From positions 94,850 to 158,849 of the forward strand of contig JAWBWS010000002.1 of the NCBI GenBank assembly GCA_038999725.1: a DNA stretch of 64,000 nt, read 5' to 3'. Shown here one piece after another: positions 48,472 through 57,525 of the stretch. Position 1 is the stretch's first letter. Each line of letters begins with the position of its first letter. A model generated the notes under the pieces. That model ran no database searches. It saw only the letters and a list, made by a program, of their open reading frames with translations, and was not told the origin of the DNA. The position numbers were made by a program, and so were the translations under genes. Origin of the DNA: Candidatus Aenigmatarchaeota archaeon (GTDB taxonomy: Archaea; Aenigmatarchaeota; Aenigmatarchaeia; CG10238-14; SCSR01).

Positions 48472-50271
48472 ATGACATTGAAAATTGTACCAGATACAAG
48501 TGTGATAATTCATGGAAATTTGTCTCAGATGCTTGAAAGTGGAAAATTGAAAGATTGTGAGGTAGTCATACCTATAGCTGTTTTAGATGAATTGCAAGCA
48601 CAAGCGTCAAAAGGAAGAGATGTTGGCTTTATTGGTCTTGATGAATTGAAAAAAATAAGAAAATTGTGTGAAGAGAAGAAAATAAAAATAAAATTTGCTG
48701 GAGAAAGACCAACTCTGGAAGAAATCAAACTTGCTAAATCAGGAAGAATTGACGCCCTAATTAGGGATGTTGCAAAGGCCGAAGGTGGTAAACTATTGAC
48801 AGCAGATTACGTGCAAGCACTAGTTGCTGAAGCTGAAGGAATTCTTGTTGAATATATTGCACAAGAAATAAAAACAACTGGTTTGAAATTTGAGAAATTT
48901 TTCACTCCCGATACACTAAGTGTACATTTAAAAGAGGGTGTAGCTCCTCTTGCAAAGCGAGGAAAGCCAGGAAAGTTTGAACTTGTGAAAATTGGAGAAG
49001 AAAAACTTACAGTTGAAGAAATAGAAAGCATGATTAAGGAAATATTAGAAGCCGCTAGAGTAAGTGAAGAGGGGCGTGTGGAGATAGCAAGTTCGGGAGC
49101 AATGGTTCTGCAACTTGGTGAATATAGGATAGCAATAGCCAGGCCACCATTTTCCGATGGTCTTGAGTTAACTATAGTAAGGCCAATAGTCAAATTGAAA
49201 CTTGAAGATTACAAGCTTTCAGAAAAATTGATGAGAAGATTGAAAGAAAGGGCAGAGGGCATTTTAATTGCGGGTCCACCTGGCTCCGGTAAAACTACTT
49301 TTGCAAGTAGTATAGCTGAATTTTACATGGAACAAGGAAAGATAGTTAAGACCTTAGAGAGTCCAAAAGATCTACAAGTTGGACCAGAAATTACACAATA
49401 TGGTCCTCTGGAAGGAGATTTTGAGAAGACTGCCGACATCTTGCTCTTGGTGAGACCGGATTATTCTGTGTATGATGAGGTGAGAAAAACTAAAGATTTT
49501 GAGATATTTGCTGATATGCGTCTTGCTGGTGTTGGCATGATTGGTGTGGTACATGCAAGCGATGCTATAGATGCAATACAAAGATTTATAATGAGGACTG
49601 AGCTTGGAATGATTCCTCATATTATTGATACAGTTATCTTCATAAAAGATGGGGAAATCAAGAAAGTTTATGAGTTGAATTTAACGGTTCGTGTACCAAG
49701 TGGCATGACAGAAGCCGACTTAGCAAGACCTTTAGTTGAGATTAGGGATTTTGAAACCGGAAAGCTTGAATATGAAATCTACAGTTTTGGTGAAGAGAAT
49801 GTTGTTGTACCTGTAGCTGCGCAAGAGCATTCACCTTTGAAAAAATTAGCCATTGAGAGGGTAAAGCAAGAAATAGAAAAATTTGATCCAAAGGCTGAGG
49901 TTGAGCTTATTTCTGAAAATAAATGTGTGGTGAGAGTTAATAATAGTGTTATACCAAAATTAATTGGAAAAGATGGGACAACCATCTCAGCAATTGAGAA
50001 GAAACTTGGTTTACATATAGAAGTTGAACCAAAAATCCCTGCAATAGGGAGGGAAGTTGAGTTCGAAGTTAAAGAAACTGGTAATAGCATAGAGTTTAAT
50101 TTTGAAAGAAGATTTGTGGGGAAAGTCGCAAGCTTCTATATTGACGACAAGTTTCTTTTTTCTGCAACTGTTGGAAAAAAATCAAAAATTAAAGTGAGTA
50201 AGTCTTCTGATATAGGGAGAGAATTGTTAAAAGCTATCTTGAATAAAAGAAAAATTAAAGTTTTGATATAA
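48472..50271 (+). CDS. PINc/VapC-family ATPase with KH domain (PINA-like)
   Basis: VPDTS PIN domain; AGPPGSGKTTFA; ESPKDL; RPDYSVYDE; LIGKDG KH. Confidence 0.93.
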   Translation: MTLKIVPDTSVIIHGNLSQMLESGKLKDCEVVIPIAVLDELQAQASKGRDVGFIGLDELKKIRKLCEEKKIKIKFAGERPTLEEIKLAKSGRIDALIRDVAKAEGGKLLTADYVQALVAEAEGILVEYIAQEIKTTGLKFEKFFTPDTLSVHLKEGVAPLAKRGKPGKFELVKIGEEKLTVEEIESMIKEILEAARVSEEGRVEIASSGAMVLQLGEYRIAIARPPFSDGLELTIVRPIVKLKLEDYKLSEKLMRRLKERAEGILIAGPPGSGKTTFASSIAEFYMEQGKIVKTLESPKDLQVGPEITQYGPLEGDFEKTADILLLVRPDYSVYDEVRKTKDFEIFADMRLAGVGMIGVVHASDAIDAIQRFIMRTELGMIPHIIDTVIFIKDGEIKKVYELNLTVRVPSGMTEADLARPLVEIRDFETGKLEYEIYSFGEENVVVPVAAQEHSPLKKLAIERVKQEIEKFDPKAEVELISENKCVVRVNNSVIPKLIGKDGTTISAIEKKLGLHIEVEPKIPAIGREVEFEVKETGNSIEFNFERRFVGKVASFYIDDKFLFSATVGKKSKIKVSKSSDIGRELLKAILNKRKIKVLI

Positions 50272-50279
50272 TTGAGGCT

Positions 50280-51014
50280 TCAGATTTTAATCAATTTTGC
50301 GTAGGTGAGAAGTTTTGGACCCTTTCTTGTTAGCAGAACATCGTTTTCAATTCTACAACCACCTATTCCCTTGATGTAAACAGCCGGTTCTATTGTGAAC
50401 ACCATATTTTCTTGAAATCTTATTTCTTTCAACCTTTCCAATTTCTTTTTATTCTTTTTGCTTAACTTCCTCAGCTTCTCCTTTGGTATACCAATTGTAG
50501 GAAGCTCATGAATTTTCAACCCAACACCATGGCCAAGGGAGTGTTGCATTCTCAAGCCTTGCTTCCTCAAAAAATTGTCAACTTTTTCAAAAAGTTGGAA
50601 ACAGGGGAGACCAACTTTGATAGATTTCAAGGCTAGTTTATAAGCTTTCATCACGGCTTTAACCATTTTCTCCTCCCTCTTCCTAATTTTTCCTTTGATG
50701 AAAGGTATAGTAACATCTGTTTTGTAACCTTTGTAAGAAGCGCCAAAGTCAATATATCCCAAGCCAGAAATCATCCTGTTTGTTGCTTTAGGTTTAGGGT
50801 GAATCTTTGCAGCTCTTTTGCCACAAGCAACTATTGTTTGAAAAGCAAGTTTAGCTCCTTGAGAATAAATTTTTCTCCTAATGGCTTTGGCTATTTCTTT
50901 TTCCTTAACTTTTTCTTTTTTCAGTAAAGCCTCAATTAAAGGTAAACAAGAATTGGAAATTTCGGCAGACTTCTTAAGAAGCTTTATCTCTTCTTTCGTT
51001 TTAATCATGCCCAT
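50280..51014 (-). CDS. M24-family metallopeptidase, catalytic domain only
   Basis: IDFGA; TDVT; HSLGHGVG; TIEP; RIEND. Confidence 0.9.
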   Translation of the reverse strand: MGMIKTKEEIKLLKKSAEISNSCLPLIEALLKKEKVKEKEIAKAIRRKIYSQGAKLAFQTIVACGKRAAKIHPKPKATNRMISGLGYIDFGASYKGYKTDVTIPFIKGKIRKREEKMVKAVMKAYKLALKSIKVGLPCFQLFEKVDNFLRKQGLRMQHSLGHGVGLKIHELPTIGIPKEKLRKLSKKNKKKLERLKEIRFQENMVFTIEPAVYIKGIGGCRIENDVLLTRKGPKLLTYAKLIKI

Positions 51015-51017
51015 GAG

Positions 51018-52124
51018 CTACACTATCTTTCCGTTCTTCATCAAAAGCTTGCCATCGACATAAACTTCTCCATGCCTCATGTCCTTGAAGAAATCCCAAT
51101 GAATTGTAGAGTCATTTTTCCCGCCAAAATGTTTGTTATGACCTAATGCGAAATGGATTGTGCCTCTAATCTTTTCATCAACTATTGTCATTCCTCCAGT
51201 AGATTTTGCTCTCGGGTTCGTGCCGATTGCAAATTCCCCTATCTTGTCCTTATCACCAGAAGCATGTTTAAAAACATCTTCAAAATTCTCTTTCCCCTTC
51301 TCAATCTCGTAATCTACAACTCTTCCCTTTTCAAACTTAAACCAAACACCCTCAACTTGTTTCCCATAGTGCCACATGCAAGGTAAATCAAAATAAATTT
51401 CTCCATTAACAGAGTTTTCAACTGGTGGACAAAAAACTTCACCATCAGGTAGATTCACATAACCAATCTCTCCTTTTTTTGTTACAAGTCCACAAGCGTT
51501 TATGAATTTTCTTCCCTTAACAGAAAATTCTAAATCTGTTCTTTCTCCAATTACCCTGATGTTATTGGCATTTTTAAGTTTTTGAATTATTTTCTTGTTA
51601 TATTCATAAATTTTCTCATAGTCAGCTTTCATAGCATCCCAGAAGATTTTTTCCAATTTTTTAAAAGGTATTTCAAGTGCTTCCGCTATTTCTTCTGTTG
51701 GGAAGCCTATCAAAGCAGCTTTCATCTCCTTCTTTTTTTGCCTTCTTTCTTCTATCTCTTTTATTGGCTTTACAGTTTTTCTCCTTATCTCGATTTTATA
51801 TTGAGGAAGCTTCCTTGCAATAAAGGGGTTTGTATCATCTATCACAATTTTCGCATCAACAAGCCTAGAAAGAGCATCTGCAAGCTTTGGCCATTGTTTT
51901 AAATATTTGATTTTGATTACCTTGTAGATTTTAAAGTTCAACTCATCACTTCCATAAGTTATTGTTGGTTGTGCTCCAACTTTTGCCGCTTCTAGAGCTA
52001 AAGCTTCTGCAAATTTTAAGGATTTGGGACCGCAAGAAATTAAGGTTACTTCTTTTTCTTTTACAGCTAAGTTTATGTTTATCACACTTTTTGCAATCTT
52101 TTGCATTTCTTTTTCCGAAAGCAT
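51018..52124 (-). CDS. M29-family aminopeptidase
   Basis: NLPDGEVF; GEFAIGTN; DEKIRGTIHFALG; STIHWD; start moved to ATG 52124 to avoid overlap with the tRNA. Confidence 0.93.
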   Translation of the reverse strand: MLSEKEMQKIAKSVININLAVKEKEVTLISCGPKSLKFAEALALEAAKVGAQPTITYGSDELNFKIYKVIKIKYLKQWPKLADALSRLVDAKIVIDDTNPFIARKLPQYKIEIRRKTVKPIKEIEERRQKKKEMKAALIGFPTEEIAEALEIPFKKLEKIFWDAMKADYEKIYEYNKKIIQKLKNANNIRVIGERTDLEFSVKGRKFINACGLVTKKGEIGYVNLPDGEVFCPPVENSVNGEIYFDLPCMWHYGKQVEGVWFKFEKGRVVDYEIEKGKENFEDVFKHASGDKDKIGEFAIGTNPRAKSTGGMTIVDEKIRGTIHFALGHNKHFGGKNDSTIHWDFFKDMRHGEVYVDGKLLMKNGKIV

Positions 52125-52154
52125 AATATTAATTAAGAGTTGTATAAAATTTAA

Positions 52155-52264
52155 GCCCTCGTAGCTCAACTTGGATAGAGCAGCGGCTTAAGATTATCTG
52201 CCGAACCTAAGCCGTTAAGATTTTACTCTCGGCAAGGTTGGGGGTTCAAATCCCCTCGAGGGCA
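52155..52264 (+). tRNA. tRNA-Arg(CCT) with two non-canonical introns (52190-52205 at 33/34; 52217-52235 at 44/45)
   Basis: GCCCTCG/CGAGGGC acceptor; perfect central helices CGGC/GCCG and GCCG/CGGC; spliced arm GCGGC-TT-CCT-AA-GCCGT. Confidence 0.9.
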
Positions 52265-52545
52265 CTTAACTGATACTCTTGTAATACTATCTTCAGCTCA
52301 CGTTCTATGAAATCGAGAGTGTACTCTTTCTACTTTACATATCAACAATGGTATATTATCTTGCCAGACAGTAAACTACATCTATAAAGGTATTGCATAG
52401 CTAACTGTTTTTGGATATAATTTTAAATGTTTTCTATGACTACAACAAAACAATCTAGGAAAATCCAGTCAGATCTTAACTTTTGGGAAATGTGAAATTC
52501 TCTATTAAGATTTAGTATTTAAGTATTTTTCACTCTGCTTTCAAT

Positions 52546-53139
52546 TCATGACTTCAATGCTTCAGCTATCATTCTACCAAACTGGCTTGCTGCTTCTGGC
52601 CCTTTGGCTGTTATTATCTTCCCATCAACAGTAACAAGTTCTCCCGTGTAGTTTGCACCTTTTGCTTTCAAATTGCTTGCCTCACTTGGAAAAGAAGTTG
52701 CATGTTTTCCCTCCAGAATTCCCGCGTTAGCTAGAATGGAAGGAGCTATACAAATAGCTCCAATAACCTTTCCTTGCTCATAAGTCTCTCTTGCTATCCT
52801 TAAAGCTGTTGAATCATTAAAGTAAATTTCAGCTCCTGTTCCACCAACAAAAATTATTGCATCGTAATTTTTTACATCAACTTCACTCAAATCGAGGTCG
52901 ATGGTTACACTTGTACCAAGCATGCCATTTGCTATTTCAACATCTTTTGAAGCTATTTTAATTTGTGCCCCAGCCTTTTCCAGAATTTCTTTTGGCTTTA
53001 ACAATTCTTCATCCCTGAAATTAGTAGGCGCTACTATCATCAAAACCTTCTTTCCTTCCAAATTTGGCATTCTCCTCTCCACACAACCTGCAATTAAAAT
53101 TGCTGCCATGATGATAAAAAACCAAACAAGCTTCATCAA
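52546..53139 (-). CDS. DJ-1/PfpI family protein with possible lipoprotein-like signal peptide
   Basis: FRDEEL; FVGGTG; AICIAP; N-terminal hydrophobic stretch ending LIAGC. Confidence 0.9.
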   Translation of the reverse strand: MMKLVWFFIIMAAILIAGCVERRMPNLEGKKVLMIVAPTNFRDEELLKPKEILEKAGAQIKIASKDVEIANGMLGTSVTIDLDLSEVDVKNYDAIIFVGGTGAEIYFNDSTALRIARETYEQGKVIGAICIAPSILANAGILEGKHATSFPSEASNLKAKGANYTGELVTVDGKIITAKGPEAASQFGRMIAEALKS

Positions 53140-53211
53140 TTTAAAAAGGAAAAAGCTTGAATAAATCCTTTTTGGTCATGTTTTTTTATCTAAAAAATAG
53201 AAATATTTTTA

Positions 53212-56200
53212 ATGAGAAATATGAAAACTATACTATTTTTGATTTTTATCTTATTAATGTTAACTTTCTTTTCTCTTGTTTATGGTGTAAGTTTTGATAT
53301 TGTCCCAAACAAAACCAGTTGTAGGAGTGGAGCCAACAACTGGAAGTTCAATTTCACTATTAACAATACAAACTCAACAGCAAGTATAATTCAGCTTAAG
53401 ATAACTTTGCCAGATGAATTTGAATTTATTAGTGACAGTAGCTCCACCAACACAATATCAAATTTCAATTATGAGTCGGGAAATTTGAGCTGGAGTAATA
53501 GTACTGGTTTGATAGATGCAAACTCATCTGCTTGGTTTTCTTTTAACCTTAGTATACCTCTCATCTTTAGAACTGTAAACTTCACCTTTACCATATTAGA
53601 TAACTCTAGCATCACTAATATAACAAATGTTTCTGTTGCTGTTATACCAGAAACAGTGAGTTCAAGTAGAGAATTTGGCTTAATTCCAAAAATCGTCTAT
53701 CTCAATTGGACAAACAATTATCAAACCAACCTTTCTGTTTTATCAAACTCTTCTTTCAATATTTCTGTTATTTTTGCCAATGGAACCAGGGTATCGGAAA
53801 ACTATTCTCAAGAATATTCGAGAGTCTACATCCGTGTGAAAAACAACACAAATGAATTTGCCACTATAAATTTCTTACCTTCCTTTGGTAACACAAACTA
53901 CACTTTACTCGAATATTGTTATGAAACTGGAGGATGGGGGGCATGTAAACCTGGAAGATATTTTGGTATCTTTACAGTAAAAAACTCTTCAAATTCAAGT
54001 GAGAATGCAAGCTTGGAGGTAATAGTTGACCTTCCCGTAAACCTAAATCTACAAATGCCTGGCTATTTCAATGGTGAAATGCCTGCAAATGCAACTCAAT
54101 ACCATTCCTTCTATTTTAATACTTCAGATATGAATGCTACAAGTATAACCTTAAACTTGAATTTTAGTGTTGGGGATTTGGATGTTTTCTTGCTTACAAA
54201 TGAGCCACAACCAAAGCTTCTTACAAAATCCATAAACAAAGAGGGGCGGGAGAGTTTAACATACAATTTCATCAACAATATCGCAATGTTTGAAATAAGG
54301 ATTTATGGTAATTCATCCTCAAAGATTTCTTATAATGGGAGTGTGATCTTGCTAGCACTAAATTCAAGTGAGCATGAATTTGATTTTGGTGTTCAAAATG
54401 TTAGTGGAGCTCCCATAACCAAAATTTTTAACTTAACTAACGAAGGAAATATTCCAATTGAAATTGTAGAGGAAAAAAGTGAGATGTTCTATGTGAAAAG
54501 ATTTGAAGGAAATGGCCAGCAAAATTTCACTTTCTTCTTACCAGATTCTTCCATCATACCAACACTTAAGGTTAAACTCAATTGGAAGGGAGAAGGGGCT
54601 TACAATCTCACACTTTTCAACCCAGATGGTATTGAAGTTGGAAATTCTTCCAACAAATATAAAAATGCTGAGATGTGTAAAGTGGAGAAAGAAGAATTCA
54701 TAGAAGCAAGTAATTCAGAAAAAGTTGGTTTATGGAGGGTTGAAGTTAAAAATGTCACAACAGAAACTCCGGATTACACTCTCACAATTCAAGCCTTTGT
54801 TAATTCAACTAAATGGATAAAAACAAACTTCTCAGAGTATATAAATAAAACTTTCAATACTGTTGGGGAAGAAAATTCAACAAAAACCATAGAGCTTAAT
54901 TTTACAATCCCAGAAGAAGTTGTTAATGGAGTTTATGAAGGTTTTTTGAGTTACAAAGCCAGTAATGGTGGAAAAATAAAAATTCCAATCAAGGTCAATG
55001 TCACCACTCCAATGCTTGTGGTTGATAATACCTTAAGAAGAAAGGAAATTCTTATATTGGAAAATTATCGTACAAACTTAACTAAAACATTTTATATAAA
55101 CATAAGTAATTTTGGTGATCATAAATTAACCACAACATTCCTTAATTCTTCAAGATTAAGATGTGTTGATTGTTCTTACTTTGTAGACTTAAGTTTTAAT
55201 AAAACAGCAGAAATTCAACCTCACACTTCAAATTTGATTGAAGTTAATGTTACTTTAAACAGCTCAATACCGAAGAGTTTATATGAAGGTTGGATTTATA
55301 TTAATTCTACTCACCCGACAGATTCTAACTTAACAAGCCATCCTTACGCAAGCTTCAACATTTCCATAAAATTAAACCTCACAGACAGATGGAATGTCAC
55401 CATAGTAGATTTGATAAGTGGAGACTATGGAAACAATACTGTTAATGTTTCTTCAAAAGAAAGTTGGGTTAATGTAAGTTTTTTAATTCAGTATGTGAAT
55501 GGTACAAATGTAAAGGCTGACACAGTCTTCAGTCTCGACAATATAACAAATGTCTGGTTATTTGAACCAAATGCCTCCTATTTTGTTAGGAATCTTGTAT
55601 TTAAAAATATAACTCCACCAAAAGCAACTCTACCGACTACTGATATTTGGACTATTAACTTAACAATTCCAAAAAAAGTACCAGGTGGGAGATATTATAT
55701 TCACATAAACCTTACCTCAGAAAATCTCACCTCCAATCCATCAGATGTTTATAGGGGCGAAAGCCTTGATGACCCTATAAACAAGATGCTAATAGTTGAT
55801 GATATGGGATTGTTGATGAGCCTAATTGAATATCCATCGGAATTGACAAAGGGAAGTAGTGGAATAGTTAATGTGAGTATAAAGAATCTTGGACCGAAAG
55901 AAGCTAGTAACGCTCAAATTACGCTTGAAAAATGTAGCTCTATAGGTAATGTAGCTTTCTTGAACTCAAGTTGTATTAGAGTTGGAAGCCCCTCCGAGAA
56001 AGTTAATTTCACACTTTCAGCTTACAATTACACTGGATGCTATATTGCATGGGGAATAACAGCCAATACAACAGGGGCTTGTAGAGTAGGGATAAATGGA
56101 ACTTCTGGTCTTTGGTTTGGCAATTTGTCTTTTGATATAACGATTACATCACCTCCAGGAGAAATTACCACAACTACTACAATCCCGACTACAACTACAA

Positions 56201-56886
56201 CTACAACGAGTACTACTACAACTACAACGAGTACTACAATTCCTCTTCCGCCACAAACAAATTTCACCACAACAATTCCAAAAATAACACCAGATTCGCC
56301 TGCTGTTTTAAATGTCCATCAACCCAATATCCTAAAAATCAAAAGGATAACAATATTTGTGAAGAAAAATGTGAGTAATGTGATGGTAAATGTTAAAGAG
56401 GGAGTGAAATCAAGTGATATTCCCTTGCCGGTAAAAATACAGGACGGTCTTGTTTTCAAATATTTGGAAATTTCACATAATATAAGTGAAAATGATATAG
56501 CAAGTGTTAGCATAGATTTCCAAGTTGAAAAGTCTTGGATAATTGAAAATAACATAGACGCTTCAACCGTACATCTTTACAGGTTCTTCAACAATAGTTG
56601 GGAAAAGCTTCAAACAACAAAAATTAATGAAACTTCAGATACCTATGAATTCAGAGCTATTTCTCCTGGTCTTTCTCTTTTTGCCATAATTGGAAATTGG
56701 GCAACAAGCTCCATGACTTGGATTATCCTTTTAGCCCTCGGAATAATAGTTGCTGGAATATTAGCCTTCCTATTTTGGCCAACTGAAGAAAAACCTATCA
56801 TTAAGGAAAGGGAGGAGATTCAAAAACCCTGGGAAGAGTTGAGGAAAAAATGGGAAGAGTTGAAAAAGAAAAAAAGGTCTAGCTAA
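53212..56886 (+). CDS. Large secreted, membrane-anchored surface glycoprotein with PGF-pre-PGF-like domain
   Basis: Signal peptide; very many N-x-S/T sequons; Thr-rich linker; FQVEKSWI...SPGLSLFAI; C-terminal TM and basic tail. Confidence 0.85.
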   Translation: MRNMKTILFLIFILLMLTFFSLVYGVSFDIVPNKTSCRSGANNWKFNFTINNTNSTASIIQLKITLPDEFEFISDSSSTNTISNFNYESGNLSWSNSTGLIDANSSAWFSFNLSIPLIFRTVNFTFTILDNSSITNITNVSVAVIPETVSSSREFGLIPKIVYLNWTNNYQTNLSVLSNSSFNISVIFANGTRVSENYSQEYSRVYIRVKNNTNEFATINFLPSFGNTNYTLLEYCYETGGWGACKPGRYFGIFTVKNSSNSSENASLEVIVDLPVNLNLQMPGYFNGEMPANATQYHSFYFNTSDMNATSITLNLNFSVGDLDVFLLTNEPQPKLLTKSINKEGRESLTYNFINNIAMFEIRIYGNSSSKISYNGSVILLALNSSEHEFDFGVQNVSGAPITKIFNLTNEGNIPIEIVEEKSEMFYVKRFEGNGQQNFTFFLPDSSIIPTLKVKLNWKGEGAYNLTLFNPDGIEVGNSSNKYKNAEMCKVEKEEFIEASNSEKVGLWRVEVKNVTTETPDYTLTIQAFVNSTKWIKTNFSEYINKTFNTVGEENSTKTIELNFTIPEEVVNGVYEGFLSYKASNGGKIKIPIKVNVTTPMLVVDNTLRRKEILILENYRTNLTKTFYINISNFGDHKLTTTFLNSSRLRCVDCSYFVDLSFNKTAEIQPHTSNLIEVNVTLNSSIPKSLYEGWIYINSTHPTDSNLTSHPYASFNISIKLNLTDRWNVTIVDLISGDYGNNTVNVSSKESWVNVSFLIQYVNGTNVKADTVFSLDNITNVWLFEPNASYFVRNLVFKNITPPKATLPTTDIWTINLTIPKKVPGGRYYIHINLTSENLTSNPSDVYRGESLDDPINKMLIVDDMGLLMSLIEYPSELTKGSSGIVNVSIKNLGPKEASNAQITLEKCSSIGNVAFLNSSCIRVGSPSEKVNFTLSAYNYTGCYIAWGITANTTGACRVGINGTSGLWFGNLSFDITITSPPGEITTTTTIPTTTTTTTSTTTTTTSTTIPLPPQTNFTTTIPKITPDSPAVLNVHQPNILKIKRITIFVKKNVSNVMVNVKEGVKSSDIPLPVKIQDGLVFKYLEISHNISENDIASVSIDFQVEKSWIIENNIDASTVHLYRFFNNSWEKLQTTKINETSDTYEFRAISPGLSLFAIIGNWATSSMTWIILLALGIIVAGILAFLFWPTEEKPIIKEREEIQKPWEELRKKWEELKKKKRSS
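56167..56238 (+). repeat. Thr-codon (ACN) low-complexity repeat with a 21-nt tandem duplication
   Basis: ACTACAACTACAACGAGTACT occurs twice; encodes TTTTTIPTTTTTTTSTTTTTTSTT. Confidence 0.85.
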
Positions 56887-57047
56887 ATCTTCACGCCTTC
56901 CAAGATTTTTATCTGAGATTCTATTTTTGCAAGCTCTTCTTTCAATTTTTCTTTTGTCTCAAAATTTCTGGTTGAAGCTATCTTACTACTTATCTCTGCC
57001 CTCTTGGCCTTAAGCCTCTCTATCTCAATTTCCACATCGCCTATCAT
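56883..57047 (-). CDS. 54-aa coiled-coil hypothetical protein, not in ORF track
   Basis: MIGDVEIEIERLKAKRAEISSKIASTRNFETKEKLKEELAKIESQIKILEGVKI; fills the gap after the 57052-57477 gene. Confidence 0.65.
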   Translation of the reverse strand: MIGDVEIEIERLKAKRAEISSKIASTRNFETKEKLKEELAKIESQIKILEGVKI

Positions 57048-57051
57048 ACTG

Positions 57052-57477
57052 TTACCTTGAAGAAATTGTGAAAAGCTCGTAAACTTTTAGTGTTATTTTG
57101 CTCTTGAACTCTGGTTCAAGGGAAGCCAGCTGCTCAAAATTTTCTGCATCTAGAACTTTTCCCATAATTTCTTTTGTGCTTTCCACAATTTTTTCAACAG
57201 CTTTCGCATCTAGATTTACATACCTTGAAATCACAAGTGAGATTATTTTATCCATGTTGCTGAGAATTGCAGTTTTATGGCCTTCGAGGAAATTTTTCTC
57301 GAGAGAAGAAGAGTTTAGTTGTCTTTTTATCTCAATTATCCTACCCACAAACTTCAAATCTTTATACTTGAATATGGTGAAGTCACAGAAATTGTTTCTG
57401 AAGCGTTTTGCATCTAAAAGCTCTTGAGTTGCTATACACAAGCCTATCGGCATCAAATCGCTAATGGTTAAAACCAT
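57052..57477 (-). CDS. Hypothetical protein
   Basis: 141-aa ORF with ATG start, divergent from aIF5B. Confidence 0.7.
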   Translation of the reverse strand: MVLTISDLMPIGLCIATQELLDAKRFRNNFCDFTIFKYKDLKFVGRIIEIKRQLNSSSLEKNFLEGHKTAILSNMDKIISLVISRYVNLDAKAVEKIVESTKEIMGKVLDAENFEQLASLEPEFKSKITLKVYELFTISSR

Positions 57478-57525
57478 TATTATCTATTATTTAAATGTAT
57501 TTTAAAATTGATTAAGGTGAGGAAG

